In this document: one piece after another, positions 13,396 through 23,777 of the stretch | Numbering within the stretch: position 1 is the first letter of the stretch | Layout: each line of letters opens with the position of its first letter | Sequence record: PQ327946.1 | Length of the DNA: 64,000 nt | Direction: 5' to 3' (one strand) | Source: a phage | Translations under genes and position numbers: made by a program | Notes under the pieces: model-generated | Database searches by the model: none | What the model was told of the DNA's origin: nothing | What the model saw: only the letters and a program-made list of their open reading frames with translations

Positions 13396-15378
13396 ATGGC
13401 ACTTCTCTCTCCGGGCGTTGAGCTCAAAGAAACTACCGTACAGAGTACTGTAGTTAATAACTCCACTGGTACCGCTGCCCTGGCTGGAAAATTCCAATGG
13501 GGACCTGCATTCCAGATTAAACAAATCACTGATGAAGTTGCATTGGTTGATATGTTTGGTACTCCTAATACGGATACAGCAGATTATTTCATGTCTGCTA
13601 TGAACTTCCTTCAATATGGTAATGACCTTCGTGTTGTACGCGCAGTTGATCGTGATGCTGCTAAGAACTCATCTCCTGTAGCAGGCAATATTGAATTCAC
13701 AATCTCTGCTGCTGGTAGTAACTATGCAGTTGGTGATAAAATTATCGTTAAGTATTTGACCGAAACTGTTGAAGCAGATGGTTATGTCACTTCAGTTGAT
13801 GTCGATGGTAAAATTCTTAACATTTATATCCCAACCGGTAAAATTATTGCTCGTGCAAAAGAAATTAATGAATATCCGGCATTGGGTTCTAATTGGACCG
13901 CCGAAGTTGCCAGTTCTTCTTCTGGACTTTCTGGCGTTATTACAATTGGTTCTATCGTAACCGATTCAGGTATTCTGTTAACTGAAGTTGAAACTTCTGA
14001 AGAAGCTATTACTTCTCTAACTTTCCAAGAATCTATTAAAAAATACGGTGTCCCAGGCGTAGTTGCTCTTTATCCTGGTGAACTTGGCGACCAGCTCGAA
14101 ATTGAAATCGTATCTAAAGCAGACTATGACAAAGGTGCTTCAGCCCAGTTAAAAATTTATCCTGATGGTGGTACTCGTGCGTCTACTGCTAAAGCAATCT
14201 TTGGATATGGCCCACAAACTGATGACCAATATGCAATTATCGTTCGTCGTAACGATGCTGTAGTTCAGAGCGTAATTCTTTCTACTAAGCGTGGTGAACG
14301 CGATATTTATGGTAGTAATATCTTTATTGATGATTTCTTTGCTAAAGGCGCAAGCAATTATATTTTCGCTACTGCACAAGGTTGGCCAAAAGGTTTCTCT
14401 GGCGTAATCAAACTGAGTGGTGGCTTATCATCTAATGAAACGGTTGACGCTGGTGATTTAATGGAAGCTTGGGATTTGTTTGCTGACCGTGAATCTGTTA
14501 ATGCGCAGTTGTTTATTGCCGGTTCTTGTGCAGGTGAATCTTTAGAAGTTGCTTCTACAGTTCAGAAACATGTTGTAGCAATTGGTGATTCTCGCCAAGA
14601 TTGTTTGGTTCTTTGCTCACCGCCACGTGCAACTATAGTCGGTATTCCTGTTAATCGTGCAGTTGATAATCTGGTCGATTGGCGTACTGCGTCAGGAACT
14701 TACACTGATAATAACTTTAATATAAGTTCTACTTATGCTGCTATTGACGGTAACTATAAATATCAATATGACAAATATAATGACGTGAATCGTTGGGTTC
14801 CATTAGCTGCTGATATTGCTGGTCTTTGTGCTCGCACAGACAATATTTCTCAGCCTTGGATGTCTCCTGCCGGTTATAACCGTGGACAAATTCTTAACGT
14901 TATTAAGCTTGCAATTGAAACTCGCCAACCACAGCGTGATCGTTTGTATCAGGAAGCTATTAACCCTGTTACTGGTACCGGTGGTGATGGGTATGTTCTG
15001 TATGGTGATAAAACTGCCACTTCTGTTCCTTCACCATTTGACCGTATTAACGTTCGTCGTTTGTTCAATATGGTTAAAACGAACATTGGTTCAGCATCTA
15101 AATATCGCCTGTTTGAATTGAACAACGCATTTACCCGTTCTTCTTTCCGTACAGAGACTTCTCAATATCTACAGGGTATTAAAGCTCTTGGTGGTGTATA
15201 TAACTTTAAAGTTGTTTGTGATACTACCAATAACACCCCAGCAGTTATCGACCGTAATGAATTTGTAGCTACTTTCTACTTACAACCTGCCCGCTCGATA
15301 AATTATATTACGTTGAACTTTGTAGCAACAGCAACTGGTGCCGATTTCGACGAACTAATTGGTACTGTAAGTGGCTAA
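13396..15378 (+). CDS. 18: tail sheath protein gp18
   Basis: 660 aa; MALLSPGVELKETTVQSTVVNN... as T4 gp18. Confidence 0.95.
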   Translation: MALLSPGVELKETTVQSTVVNNSTGTAALAGKFQWGPAFQIKQITDEVALVDMFGTPNTDTADYFMSAMNFLQYGNDLRVVRAVDRDAAKNSSPVAGNIEFTISAAGSNYAVGDKIIVKYLTETVEADGYVTSVDVDGKILNIYIPTGKIIARAKEINEYPALGSNWTAEVASSSSGLSGVITIGSIVTDSGILLTEVETSEEAITSLTFQESIKKYGVPGVVALYPGELGDQLEIEIVSKADYDKGASAQLKIYPDGGTRASTAKAIFGYGPQTDDQYAIIVRRNDAVVQSVILSTKRGERDIYGSNIFIDDFFAKGASNYIFATAQGWPKGFSGVIKLSGGLSSNETVDAGDLMEAWDLFADRESVNAQLFIAGSCAGESLEVASTVQKHVVAIGDSRQDCLVLCSPPRATIVGIPVNRAVDNLVDWRTASGTYTDNNFNISSTYAAIDGNYKYQYDKYNDVNRWVPLAADIAGLCARTDNISQPWMSPAGYNRGQILNVIKLAIETRQPQRDRLYQEAINPVTGTGGDGYVLYGDKTATSVPSPFDRINVRRLFNMVKTNIGSASKYRLFELNNAFTRSSFRTETSQYLQGIKALGGVYNFKVVCDTTNNTPAVIDRNEFVATFYLQPARSINYITLNFVATATGADFDELIGTVSG

Positions 15379-15410
15379 TAAGACGCCTGATGGGCTATTT
15401 CGGTAGCCCA

Positions 15411-15418
15411 TATAAATA
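15411..15418 (+). promoter_or_regulatory. late promoter (TATAAATATAACTATA) for gene 19
   Basis: Extended motif TATAAATATAACTATA shared with the gene 20 and uvsW sites. Confidence 0.7.
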
Positions 15419-15491
15419 TAACTATATCGTTTAAAAATTAATTCTATGGGCATCTGGTTAATCCTAAGCCCATATTACTACAGAGGCTAAT

Positions 15492-15983
15492 ATGTTTGTA
15501 GATGACGTAACTCGTGCCTTCGAATCAGGTGATTTCGCTCGCCCTAACCTGTTTGAAGTAGAAATCTCTTATCTTGGGCAAAACTTTAGCTTCCAGTGTC
15601 GTGCTACGGCTCTTCCTGCTGCGATCGTTGAAAAGGTTCCTGTTTCTTATATGAACCGTAAAATTAACGTGGCCGGTGATCGTACATTCGATGATTGGAC
15701 TATTACAGTAATGAACGATGATGCTCATAGCATTCGTCAGAAATTTGTTGATTGGCAAGGTATTGCAGCAGGACAAGGTAATGAAATTACCGGTGGTAAA
15801 CCTGCTGAATATAAAAAGACTGCTATCGTTCGTCAATTTGCTCGTGATGCTAAAACCGTCACTAAAGAAGTTGAAATTGTCGGCTTGTGGCCTACTAACG
15901 TTGGTGAAGTATCTCTTGACTGGGACAGCAATAACGAGATTGAAACGTTCGAAGTAACTCTTGCTCTTGATTGGTGGGAATAA
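15492..15983 (+). CDS. 19: tail tube protein gp19
   Basis: 163 aa; MFVDDVTRAFESGDFARPNLFEVEISYLG as T4 gp19. Confidence 0.95.
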   Translation: MFVDDVTRAFESGDFARPNLFEVEISYLGQNFSFQCRATALPAAIVEKVPVSYMNRKINVAGDRTFDDWTITVMNDDAHSIRQKFVDWQGIAAGQGNEITGGKPAEYKKTAIVRQFARDAKTVTKEVEIVGLWPTNVGEVSLDWDSNNEIETFEVTLALDWWE

Positions 15984-16031
15984 TCTGGTTGGGGAGAAAT
16001 CCCCAGCTTCCCGTGATGACGGAGAAGTCCA

Positions 16032-16039
16032 TATAAATA
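16032..16039 (+). promoter_or_regulatory. late promoter (TATAAATATAACTATA) for gene 20
   Basis: TATAAATA 29 nt upstream of gene 20 ATG. Confidence 0.7.
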
Positions 16040-16067
16040 TAACTATAATTCCCATTCGGAGAATACA

Positions 16068-17639
16068 ATGAAATTTAATATCTTAAGTTTGTTTGCTCCA
16101 TGGGCAAAAATGGACGAACGTGATTACAAAGACCAAGAAAAAGAAAATTTAGAATCTATCACCGCACCAAAATTGGACGACGGCGCTAAAGAATATGAAG
16201 TATCTGAAAATGAAGCACAGCAAACATATAATGCTATGTTTCAGAGAATGTTCGGTAGTCAAGAACCAGGGCTCAAATCAACCCGTGAATTAATCGATAC
16301 GTATCGAAATTTGATGACGAACTATGAAGTGGATAACGCGGTCTCTGAAATAGTTTCTGATGCTATCGTGTATGAAGATGATACAGAAGTCGTTTCTATA
16401 AATTTAGACAACACAAAATTTAGTCCAAATATCAAATCAATGATGTTGGATGAATTTAACGAAGTGTTAAATCATTTATCTTTCCAACGTAAAGGTTCAG
16501 ATCATTTTAGACGTTGGTATGTGGATTCTCGAATTTTCTTCCATAAAATTATTGACCCTAAACGCCCTAAAGAAGGTATTAAAGAGCTTCGTCGTTTAGA
16601 CCCACGTCAAGTTCAATATGTCCGTGAAGTTATTACAACCACTGAAGCCGGTGTTAAAATAGTCAAGGGTTATAAAGAATATTTCATTTATGACACATCA
16701 CAAGAATCTTATGCTTGCGATGGTCGCATATATGAAGCTGGCACAAAAATAAAAATCCCTAAAGCCGCGATTGTTTATGCCCATTCTGGTTTAGTTGATT
16801 GTTGTGGTAAAAATATCATCGGTTATTTGCATCGGGCTATTAAGCCAGCGAACCAATTAAAACTTCTTGAAGATGCCGTAGTAATTTATCGTATTACTCG
16901 TGCTCCCGATCGTCGTGTATGGTACGTTGATACAGGTAATATGCCTTCAAGAAAAGCAGCAGAACATATGCAACATGTTATGAATACGATGAAAAACCGT
17001 ATTGCATATGACGCTACTACAGGCAAGATTAAAAACCAGCAGCATATTATGTCGATGACCGAAGATTATTGGTTACAACGACGTGATGGTAAAGCAGTAA
17101 CAGAAGTTGACACATTACCAGGTGCAGATAATACCGGGAATATGGAAGATGTACGTTGGTTCCGTAATGCGCTTTATATGGCTTTACGTATTCCTATTAC
17201 CCGTATTCCAAGTGACCAAGGTGGTATACAGTTTGATGCTGGTACTTCTATTACACGAGATGAATTGACATTTGGTAAATTTATTCGTGAGCTGCAACAT
17301 AAATTTGAAGAGATATTCCTAGACCCGCTTAAAACTAATTTAATTCTTAAAGGAATTATTACAGAAGATGAGTGGAATGATGAAATAAATAATATTAAGA
17401 TAAAATTTCATCGGGATAGTTATTTCTCGGAATTAAAGGATGCTGAGATTCTGGAGCGTCGCATTAATATGCTTCAGATGGCCGAACCATTTATTGGTAA
17501 ATATATTTCTCACAGAACAGCTATGAAAGATATTCTTCAGATGTCTGACGAGGAAATTGAACAAGAGGCTAAGCAAATTGAAGAAGAGTCGAAAGAGGCT
17601 CGTTTCCAAGACCCCGACCAAGAACAAGAGGATTTTTAA
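16068..17639 (+). CDS. 20: portal vertex protein gp20
   Basis: 523 aa; near-identical to remembered T4 gp20 sequence. Confidence 0.96.
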   Translation: MKFNILSLFAPWAKMDERDYKDQEKENLESITAPKLDDGAKEYEVSENEAQQTYNAMFQRMFGSQEPGLKSTRELIDTYRNLMTNYEVDNAVSEIVSDAIVYEDDTEVVSINLDNTKFSPNIKSMMLDEFNEVLNHLSFQRKGSDHFRRWYVDSRIFFHKIIDPKRPKEGIKELRRLDPRQVQYVREVITTTEAGVKIVKGYKEYFIYDTSQESYACDGRIYEAGTKIKIPKAAIVYAHSGLVDCCGKNIIGYLHRAIKPANQLKLLEDAVVIYRITRAPDRRVWYVDTGNMPSRKAAEHMQHVMNTMKNRIAYDATTGKIKNQQHIMSMTEDYWLQRRDGKAVTEVDTLPGADNTGNMEDVRWFRNALYMALRIPITRIPSDQGGIQFDAGTSITRDELTFGKFIRELQHKFEEIFLDPLKTNLILKGIITEDEWNDEINNIKIKFHRDSYFSELKDAEILERRINMLQMAEPFIGKYISHRTAMKDILQMSDEEIEQEAKQIEEESKEARFQDPDQEQEDF

Positions 17640-17875
17640 TGGACGATTTAATTCAAGCTATTAAATCAAACGACCTCGTTGCTACTCGAAAGTTTTTTGA
17701 AAGTGCAATGGCAGAAAAAACGGTTCGTTTGATTGAAGCACGCAAAGCAGAAATCGCTTCTCAATTTTTGATTGAAGGCGAAGAACCTGAAGAAGAAAAG
17801 AAAGCTAAAGCTTCGGAAGACGACGCTGATGAAGGCGATGACGACGAAGACGAAGATGATGAGGACGATGAATAA
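17639..17875 (+). CDS. 67: prohead core protein gp67
   Basis: 78 aa with acidic D/E-rich C-terminus; position between 20 and 68. Confidence 0.85.
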   Translation: MDDLIQAIKSNDLVATRKFFESAMAEKTVRLIEARKAEIASQFLIEGEEPEEEKKAKASEDDADEGDDDEDEDDEDDE

Positions 17876-18300
17876 TGTATCTTATCCCTGAATCTTATGA
17901 ATTGGTACTCGAAAATGTCGAAGCACTTATTCCTGAAGCACAGGGCCGAATCGATGCATTGTCTTCTGCTCTCGATATTGACGATATAAATACTATTATC
18001 GAGAACATGCTTGAAACTGAAACGGATTTAGCTGTTGCAATGGCTTCCATTATTAATGAAGAACAGTTAAATGAGTTTATCGTTAAACATGTTTCTTCTC
18101 GTGGTGAAGTCACTCGCACTAAAGACCGTAAAACTCGTGAACGTAACGCGTTCCAAACAACTGGTCTTTCTAAAGCAAAACGTAGACAAATCGCTCGTAA
18201 GGTCGTTAAAGCTAAAAAAGCTAACCCTTCAGGCCAAGTTAAAGGCTTGCGTAAGCGTAAAAAAGCTCTTAAACGTCGTAAAGCATTAGGATTAAGCTAA
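17875..18300 (+). CDS. 68: prohead core protein gp68
   Basis: 141 aa, basic C-terminus; T4 synteny. Confidence 0.85.
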   Translation: MYLIPESYELVLENVEALIPEAQGRIDALSSALDIDDINTIIENMLETETDLAVAMASIINEEQLNEFIVKHVSSRGEVTRTKDRKTRERNAFQTTGLSKAKRRQIARKVVKAKKANPSGQVKGLRKRKKALKRRKALGLS

Positions 18301-18941
18301 TGAATAAACCCGAGTTACTTATTGAAACTTGGGGTCAACCCGGTGAGATTATTGATGGCGTTCCAATGTTGGAATCTCATGATGGAAAAGATTCTGGCTT
18401 AAAACCAGGGCTTTATATAGAAGGTATTTTTCTTCAGGCAGAGGTTGTTAACCGAAATAAACGTTTATATCCTAAACGTGTTTTGGAAAAAGCAGTAAGT
18501 GACTATATTAAAGAACAAGTCGAAACCAAACAAGCCCTTGGAGAATTAAACCATCCACCTCGTGCAAATGTTGACCCTATGCAAGCCGCTATCATTATTG
18601 AAGATATGTGGTGGAAAGGAAACGATGTATATGGACGTGCTAGAATTATTGAAGGCGACCATGGTCCCGGCGATAAATTAGCTGCTAATATACGCGCTGG
18701 TTGGATTCCAGGTGTTTCCTCTCGTGGTCTTGGTTCTTTAACCGACACCAATAAAGGGTACCGTATCGTGAACGAAGGATTTAAATTAACCGTCGGCGTA
18801 GATGCCGTATGGGGACCTTCTGCTCCAGATGCTTGGGTTACTCCTAAACAAATATCAGAATCAGAAAATTCGGTGGAAATCACCAAAAACAGTGCTGATG
18901 AAGCATTTAAAGCTCTCACAGAGAGTTTAAAAGCATTATAA
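18300..18941 (+). CDS. 21: prohead core scaffold protease gp21
   Basis: 213 aa; T4 gp21-like, position before 22/23. Confidence 0.92.
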   Translation: MNKPELLIETWGQPGEIIDGVPMLESHDGKDSGLKPGLYIEGIFLQAEVVNRNKRLYPKRVLEKAVSDYIKEQVETKQALGELNHPPRANVDPMQAAIIIEDMWWKGNDVYGRARIIEGDHGPGDKLAANIRAGWIPGVSSRGLGSLTDTNKGYRIVNEGFKLTVGVDAVWGPSAPDAWVTPKQISESENSVEITKNSADEAFKALTESLKAL

Positions 18942-18944
18942 ATA
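18937..18944 (+). promoter_or_regulatory. late promoter (TATAAATA) for gene 22
   Basis: TATAAATA overlapping gene 21 stop, 31 nt upstream of gene 22. Confidence 0.65.
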
Positions 18945-18974
18945 ATAATGTAATCTAAACCACAGGACACTAAA

Positions 18975-19787
18975 ATGATCAAAGAACAACTTTTGAAAGA
19001 AGCTCAAAACATCGAGACTTCAGTTGCTCTTAATAGTGTTTTCGAATCAGTAGAACTGTCTCCGGACGTTAAAGCTAATTTCAGCACTGTATTCGAAGCC
19101 ACCGTTAAGCAGGAAGCAGTCAAACTGGCTGAATCTCATATCAAAGCCATCGCCGAAAAAGCCGAAGAAGAAGTTGAAAAGGCTAAAGAAGATGCTGAAG
19201 AGAAAGCTGATAAAAAATTGGCTGAACAAGCTTCTAAATTCCTAGACCATCTTGCAAAAGAATGGCTCGCAGAAAACCAAATCGCAGTTGATAAAGGCAT
19301 TAAAGCTGATTTGTTCGAATCCATGCTTGGTGGTCTGAAAGAACTGTTTGTTGAACATAACGTTGTTGTTCCAGAAGAATCTGTAGATGTTGTAGCAGAA
19401 ATGGAAGAAGAGCTGGCCGAACATAAAGAAGAAACCGCTCGTTTGTTCGAAGAAGTTACCAAACGTGATGCATATATCAATTACGTTCAGCGTGAAACCG
19501 CTATTAATGAAAGCGTAAAAGACCTGACTGAATCTCAGAAAGAAAAAGTTATTGGCCTGGTTGAAGGTATGGATTATTCTGACGCATTTGGTACTAAGTT
19601 AACTGCTATTGTAGAAATGGTTAAAGGTTCTACTAAAGAAGAAGCCGCTATCACCGAAAGTATAAATACAGTTGACAATGACGCTGCCGGTCTTAATTTT
19701 GTTGCCGAAGCAGTTGACACTACCACAACTCAGGTAGAACAGAATTCTAATGTAAGTTTATATGCGAAAGTCGCATCTCGTTTCTAA
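18975..19787 (+). CDS. 22: prohead core scaffold protein gp22
   Basis: 270 aa, highly acidic coiled-coil-like (KEDAEEKADKK...) as T4 gp22. Confidence 0.92.
   Translation: MIKEQLLKEAQNIETSVALNSVFESVELSPDVKANFSTVFEATVKQEAVKLAESHIKAIAEKAEEEVEKAKEDAEEKADKKLAEQASKFLDHLAKEWLAENQIAVDKGIKADLFESMLGGLKELFVEHNVVVPEESVDVVAEMEEELAEHKEETARLFEEVTKRDAYINYVQRETAINESVKDLTESQKEKVIGLVEGMDYSDAFGTKLTAIVEMVKGSTKEEAAITESINTVDNDAAGLNFVAEAVDTTTTQVEQNSNVSLYAKVASRF
19661..19668 (+). promoter_or_regulatory. late promoter (TATAAATA) for gene 23, inside 3' end of gene 22
   Basis: TATAAATA 137 nt upstream of gene 23 ATG. Confidence 0.6.
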
Positions 19788-19804
19788 TTTAAAGGTTAAC
19801 ACAA

Positions 19805-21373
19805 ATGACTACTATCAAAACTAAAGCTCAGCTCGTAGACAAATGGAAAGAACTGCTGGAAGGTGAAGGCCTGCCGGAAATCGCTAATAGCAAGCAGGCT
19901 ATTATCGCTAAAATCTTCGAAAACCAGGAAAAAGATTTCGAAGTATCCCCTGAATATAAAGACGAGAAAATCGCTCAGGCATTTGGTTCTTTCTTGACCG
20001 AAGCTGAAATTGGTGGGGACCACGGTTATAATGCTCAGAACATCGCAGCAGGTCAAACCTCCGGTGCAGTAACCCAGATTGGGCCGGCAGTTATGGGTAT
20101 GGTTCGTCGTGCTATTCCTAATCTGATCGCTTTTGATATTTGTGGTGTTCAGCCTATGAACAGCCCTACCGGTCAGGTATTTGCTCTCCGTGCAGTATAT
20201 GGTAAAGACCCTATCGCTGCTGACGCTAAAGAAGCTTTCCATCCGATGTATGCTCCAGACGCGATGTTCTCTGGTCAGGGTGCTGCTAAGAAATTCCCAG
20301 CTCTGGCTGCTAGCACACAAACCGTTGTAGGTGATATCTATACTCACTTCTTCCAGGAAACTGGTACTGTGTATCTACAAGCTTCCGCTGTAGTAACAAT
20401 CGATGCTGGCGCTACCGATGCAGCTAAATTAGATGCTGAAATTAAGAAACAAATGGAAGCTGGTGTACTGGTAGAAATCGCTGAAGGTATGGCTACTTCT
20501 ATCGCTGAACTTCAGGAAGGTTTCAATGGTTCTACCGACAACCCGTGGAACGAAATGGGCTTCCGTATCGACAAACAAGTTATTGAAGCTAAATCTCGTC
20601 AGCTGAAAGCAGCTTACTCCATCGAATTGGCACAAGACCTCCGTGCAGTACACGGTATGGATGCTGATGCTGAACTGAGCGGTATTCTTGCTACTGAAAT
20701 TATGCTGGAAATCAACCGTGAAGTTGTTGACTGGATTAACTACTCCGCTCAGGTTGGTAAATCTGGTATGACTAATATCGTTGGTTCTAAAGCTGGTGTA
20801 TTTGACTTCCAGGACCCGATTGATATCCGTGGTGCTCGTTGGGCCGGTGAAAGCTTTAAAGCTCTGTTGTTCCAGATTGATAAAGAAGCAGTTGAAATTG
20901 CTCGTCAAACCGGTCGTGGTGAAGGTAACTTCATTATCGCTTCCCGTAACGTAGTTAACGTACTGGCTTCAGTTGATACTGGTATTTCTTACGCTGCACA
21001 GGGTCTGGCTTCTGGTTTTAATACCGACACTACTAAGTCTGTATTTGCCGGTGTACTTGGTGGTAAATACCGCGTATACATCGACCAGTATGCTAAACAG
21101 GATTACTTCACCGTTGGTTACAAAGGCGCTAACGAAATGGATGCAGGTATTTACTATGCTCCTTACGTTGCACTTACCCCACTGCGTGGTTCCGATCCTA
21201 AGAACTTCCAGCCGGTAATGGGCTTTAAAACTCGTTACGGTATCGGTGTTAACCCGTTTGCTGAAAGTTCCCTGCAGGCTCCAGGTGCTCGCATCCAGTC
21301 CGGTATGCCGTCTATCCTGAACAGCCTTGGTAAGAACGCTTACTTTAGACGCGTCTACGTTAAAGGAATTTAA
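19805..21373 (+). CDS. 23: major capsid protein gp23
   Basis: 522 aa; near-identical to T4 gp23 (…GLPEIANSKQAIIAKIFENQEKDF… to C-terminal NAYFRRVYVKGI). Confidence 0.98.
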   Translation: MTTIKTKAQLVDKWKELLEGEGLPEIANSKQAIIAKIFENQEKDFEVSPEYKDEKIAQAFGSFLTEAEIGGDHGYNAQNIAAGQTSGAVTQIGPAVMGMVRRAIPNLIAFDICGVQPMNSPTGQVFALRAVYGKDPIAADAKEAFHPMYAPDAMFSGQGAAKKFPALAASTQTVVGDIYTHFFQETGTVYLQASAVVTIDAGATDAAKLDAEIKKQMEAGVLVEIAEGMATSIAELQEGFNGSTDNPWNEMGFRIDKQVIEAKSRQLKAAYSIELAQDLRAVHGMDADAELSGILATEIMLEINREVVDWINYSAQVGKSGMTNIVGSKAGVFDFQDPIDIRGARWAGESFKALLFQIDKEAVEIARQTGRGEGNFIIASRNVVNVLASVDTGISYAAQGLASGFNTDTTKSVFAGVLGGKYRVYIDQYAKQDYFTVGYKGANEMDAGIYYAPYVALTPLRGSDPKNFQPVMGFKTRYGIGVNPFAESSLQAPGARIQSGMPSILNSLGKNAYFRRVYVKGI

Positions 21374-21402
21374 TGCTTTAACGTTAAAATACATAACCTT
21401 AT

Positions 21403-21430
21403 GGGAGACTCCGGTCTCCCATTCTTGTTT
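21403..21430. terminator. bidirectional terminator between gene 23 (+) and segD-like gene (-)
   Basis: GGGAGACTCCGGTCTCCC then ATTCTTGTTT. Confidence 0.65.
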
Positions 21431-22090
21431 CTATAGCTTAAAACAATCATCGCGTTCATTAATCCAATTTCTTATAGTTTTTGCGGATACGTTAAAGAAT
21501 TCGGCAGCGTAATCGTAGTGGTTAAATTCATGACCTTTAATAGAAATATCCACAAATACAAATTTCTTACCTTTATTAGAATTCTTTCTAATTTTTGCTT
21601 TATGCTCTTCTGATAGTTTTCTACCTTTAAGATGAGAATCTCTATTTTTATAAAACTTTTTATTTGATATAGATTTGTTTTCTCGATGTTCTTTAGATTC
21701 TTTAGAACCTAATTTCTTTTTAGATATTTTGGCCCGAACTTCTTCAGTCATACCAGCTTTTGTCTTTTCGGATAACATCTCACGATACCCAGGTTCCTGT
21801 AAAGCTACTATAACAGGATTACCCTTGCCGCCTAAGGCGGCATTATAAGTATCTGTTCTCATGACAAAAGCCTCGTCAACTAGTTCGGCTTCCTTAGCAT
21901 ACATCTCTTCAGATGTTTCGAAATTGAAAAGGATTTCCTTTTTAAAATTCTCTAAGCCGTATTTCTTTATGGATTTTACTATGTTAACCCCGGAACCCAT
22001 ATAAGAATCGTTAACATCTGTAGTGGCATGGGCTCCAATATAAATCTTGTTATTAATGAGATTGGTTATTTTGTAAATTAAATAATTCAT
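21431..22090 (-). CDS. segD: seg-like GIY-YIG homing endonuclease (segD position)
   Basis: N-terminal YLIYKITNLINNKIYIGAH (GIY...YIG) plus DSYMGSG...KKYG motif; sits between genes 23 and 24 on the opposite strand, as T4 segD. Confidence 0.8.
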   Translation of the reverse strand: MNYLIYKITNLINNKIYIGAHATTDVNDSYMGSGVNIVKSIKKYGLENFKKEILFNFETSEEMYAKEAELVDEAFVMRTDTYNAALGGKGNPVIVALQEPGYREMLSEKTKAGMTEEVRAKISKKKLGSKESKEHRENKSISNKKFYKNRDSHLKGRKLSEEHKAKIRKNSNKGKKFVFVDISIKGHEFNHYDYAAEFFNVSAKTIRNWINERDDCFKL

Positions 22091-22093
22091 AAT

Positions 22094-22360
22094 TTACGCT
22101 GCTTTGACACGACGGTTGATGATATCACGGAAGTCAATACGATTTTCTTGGATTTTCAGCCAGTTACCAGATTTGTCTTTGGTATGGGTAGAATATTCAC
22201 CGTTCCACCAGAAGTCGGTTTCATAAGCCAAGGCTTCGTATTTCTTAACCAATGCATTAACTGCATTACCGTTAGGATTGGTACCAAATTTTTCTACCAG
22301 AGCTTTGATGTCTTTGTCAAGGTTAGAAAGTGTGGTACGGATAAAGTTTAATTTGTTCAT
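22094..22360 (-). CDS. hypothetical protein (88 aa) upstream of segD-like gene
   Basis: Start moved to MNKLNF... (ATG 22358-22360) preceded by GAGGAG; the track's first 5 codons are the conserved early-leader ATGAGGAG. Confidence 0.55.
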   Translation of the reverse strand: MNKLNFIRTTLSNLDKDIKALVEKFGTNPNGNAVNALVKKYEALAYETDFWWNGEYSTHTKDKSGNWLKIQENRIDFRDIINRRVKAA

Positions 22361-22389
22361 TTTTAATCTCCTCATGTTTTGATAGGTCT

Positions 22390-22419
22390 ATAGTAACACA
22401 ACGCTTTTTGTGTGTAAAC
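22390..22419 (-). promoter_or_regulatory. early (sigma70-type) promoter for the 88-aa ORF and segD-like gene
   Basis: Minus strand GTTTACA-N17-TACTAT, then leader ...CAAAACATGAGGAG. Confidence 0.6.
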
Positions 22420-22425
22420 CACTTT

Positions 22426-22433
22426 TATAAATA
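22426..22433 (+). promoter_or_regulatory. late promoter (TATAAATA) for gene 24
   Basis: TATAAATA 31 nt upstream of gene 24 ATG. Confidence 0.7.
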
Positions 22434-22463
22434 AAATTATATTCTCAATAAGGAAAAAATGCA

Positions 22464-23747
22464 ATGAGTAAAATCCAAAAATTATTGCGTGAATCTACAA
22501 CGTCTATTAGCAACTCAATTGGTCGCCCAAATCTCGTTGCTTTGACTCGCGCTACGACTAAACTAATATATTCTGACATTGTAGCAACACAAAGAACTAA
22601 TCAACCTGTTGCTGCTTTTTATGGTATCAAATATCTTAACCCGGATAACGAATTCACATTTAAAACTGGTGCTACTTATGCTGGCGAAGTTGGATATGTA
22701 GACCGAGAAAAAATTACTGAGCTCACAGAAGAATCAAAAGTCACACTAAATAAAGGCGATTTTTTCAAATATAATAATATCGTCTATAAAGTGTTAGAAG
22801 ATACACCATTTGCAGATATTCAAGAAAGTGATCTAGAATTAGCTCTTCAGATTGCGGTCGTTCATTTAAAGGTACGGTTATTTTCAGATGCAGCGGTAAC
22901 AAGCAAATTTGAAAGCTCTGATAGCGAAATTTCTGATGCAAGATTCCAGATTAATAAATGGCAAACTTCGGTCAAATCTCGTAAACTTAAAACTGGACTC
23001 ACGGTTGAATTAGCGCAAGATTTGGAAGCGAATGGATTTGATGCCCCTAACTTCTTAGAAGATTTGCTTGCTACTGAAATGGCTGATGAAATTAATAAAG
23101 ATATTCTTCAGTCTTTAATTACTGTATCGAAACGTTATAAAGTTACTGGAATTACTGACACCGGATTTATTGACTTGAGCTATGCATCCGCTCCAGAAGC
23201 AGGTCGTTCATTATATCGAATGGTGTGTGAAATGGTATCACACATTCAAAAAGAGACAACTTATACTGCAACGTTTTGTGTAGCCTCAGCTCGTGCAGCT
23301 GCTATTCTTGCTGCTTCCGGTTGGTTGAAACATAAGCCAGAAGATGACAAGTATCTTTCACAAAATGCTTATGGATTCTTGGCAAATGGATTACCTCTTT
23401 ACTGCGATACCAACAGCCCGTTAGATTATGTTATTGTGGGTGTTGTAGAAAATATCGGTGAAAAAGAAATTGTAGGGTCCGTCTTTTATGCTCCATACAC
23501 TGAAGGAGTAGATTTAGATGACCCGGAACATGTTGGTGCATTTAAAGTTGTAGTTGATCCAGAAAGCTTGCAACCGTCTATCGGATTATTGGTTAGATAT
23601 GCTTTATCAGCAAATCCTTACACAGTAGCAAAAGATGAAAAAGAAGCGAGAATAATTGATGGCGGGGACATGGATAAAATGGCAGGACGTTCAGACTTGT
23701 CTGTTTTACTCGGTGTTAAATTGCCTAAAATTATCATTGATGAATAA
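22464..23747 (+). CDS. 24: capsid vertex protein gp24
   Basis: 427 aa, gp23 paralogue; T4 gp24 size and position; TATAAATA upstream. Confidence 0.93.
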   Translation: MSKIQKLLRESTTSISNSIGRPNLVALTRATTKLIYSDIVATQRTNQPVAAFYGIKYLNPDNEFTFKTGATYAGEVGYVDREKITELTEESKVTLNKGDFFKYNNIVYKVLEDTPFADIQESDLELALQIAVVHLKVRLFSDAAVTSKFESSDSEISDARFQINKWQTSVKSRKLKTGLTVELAQDLEANGFDAPNFLEDLLATEMADEINKDILQSLITVSKRYKVTGITDTGFIDLSYASAPEAGRSLYRMVCEMVSHIQKETTYTATFCVASARAAAILAASGWLKHKPEDDKYLSQNAYGFLANGLPLYCDTNSPLDYVIVGVVENIGEKEIVGSVFYAPYTEGVDLDDPEHVGAFKVVVDPESLQPSIGLLVRYALSANPYTVAKDEKEARIIDGGDMDKMAGRSDLSVLLGVKLPKIIIDE

Positions 23748-23776
23748 AAAAAAAGGGACCTTACGGTCCCTTTTTT
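23746..23776. terminator. bidirectional intrinsic terminator between gene 24 (+) and rnlB (-)
   Basis: A9-GGGACCTTACGGTCCC-T6: hairpin with A-run and T-run on either side. Confidence 0.8.
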
Positions 23777-23777
23777 A

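Noticed and set aside
19047-21394. Antisense and alternative-frame ORFs inside genes 22 and 23 (for example 19136-19480, 20429-20908, 20969-21394)
   Set aside because: They are embedded in the two most confidently identified genes, have no translation signals, and their products are low-complexity (Ser/Phe-rich); treated as spurious.
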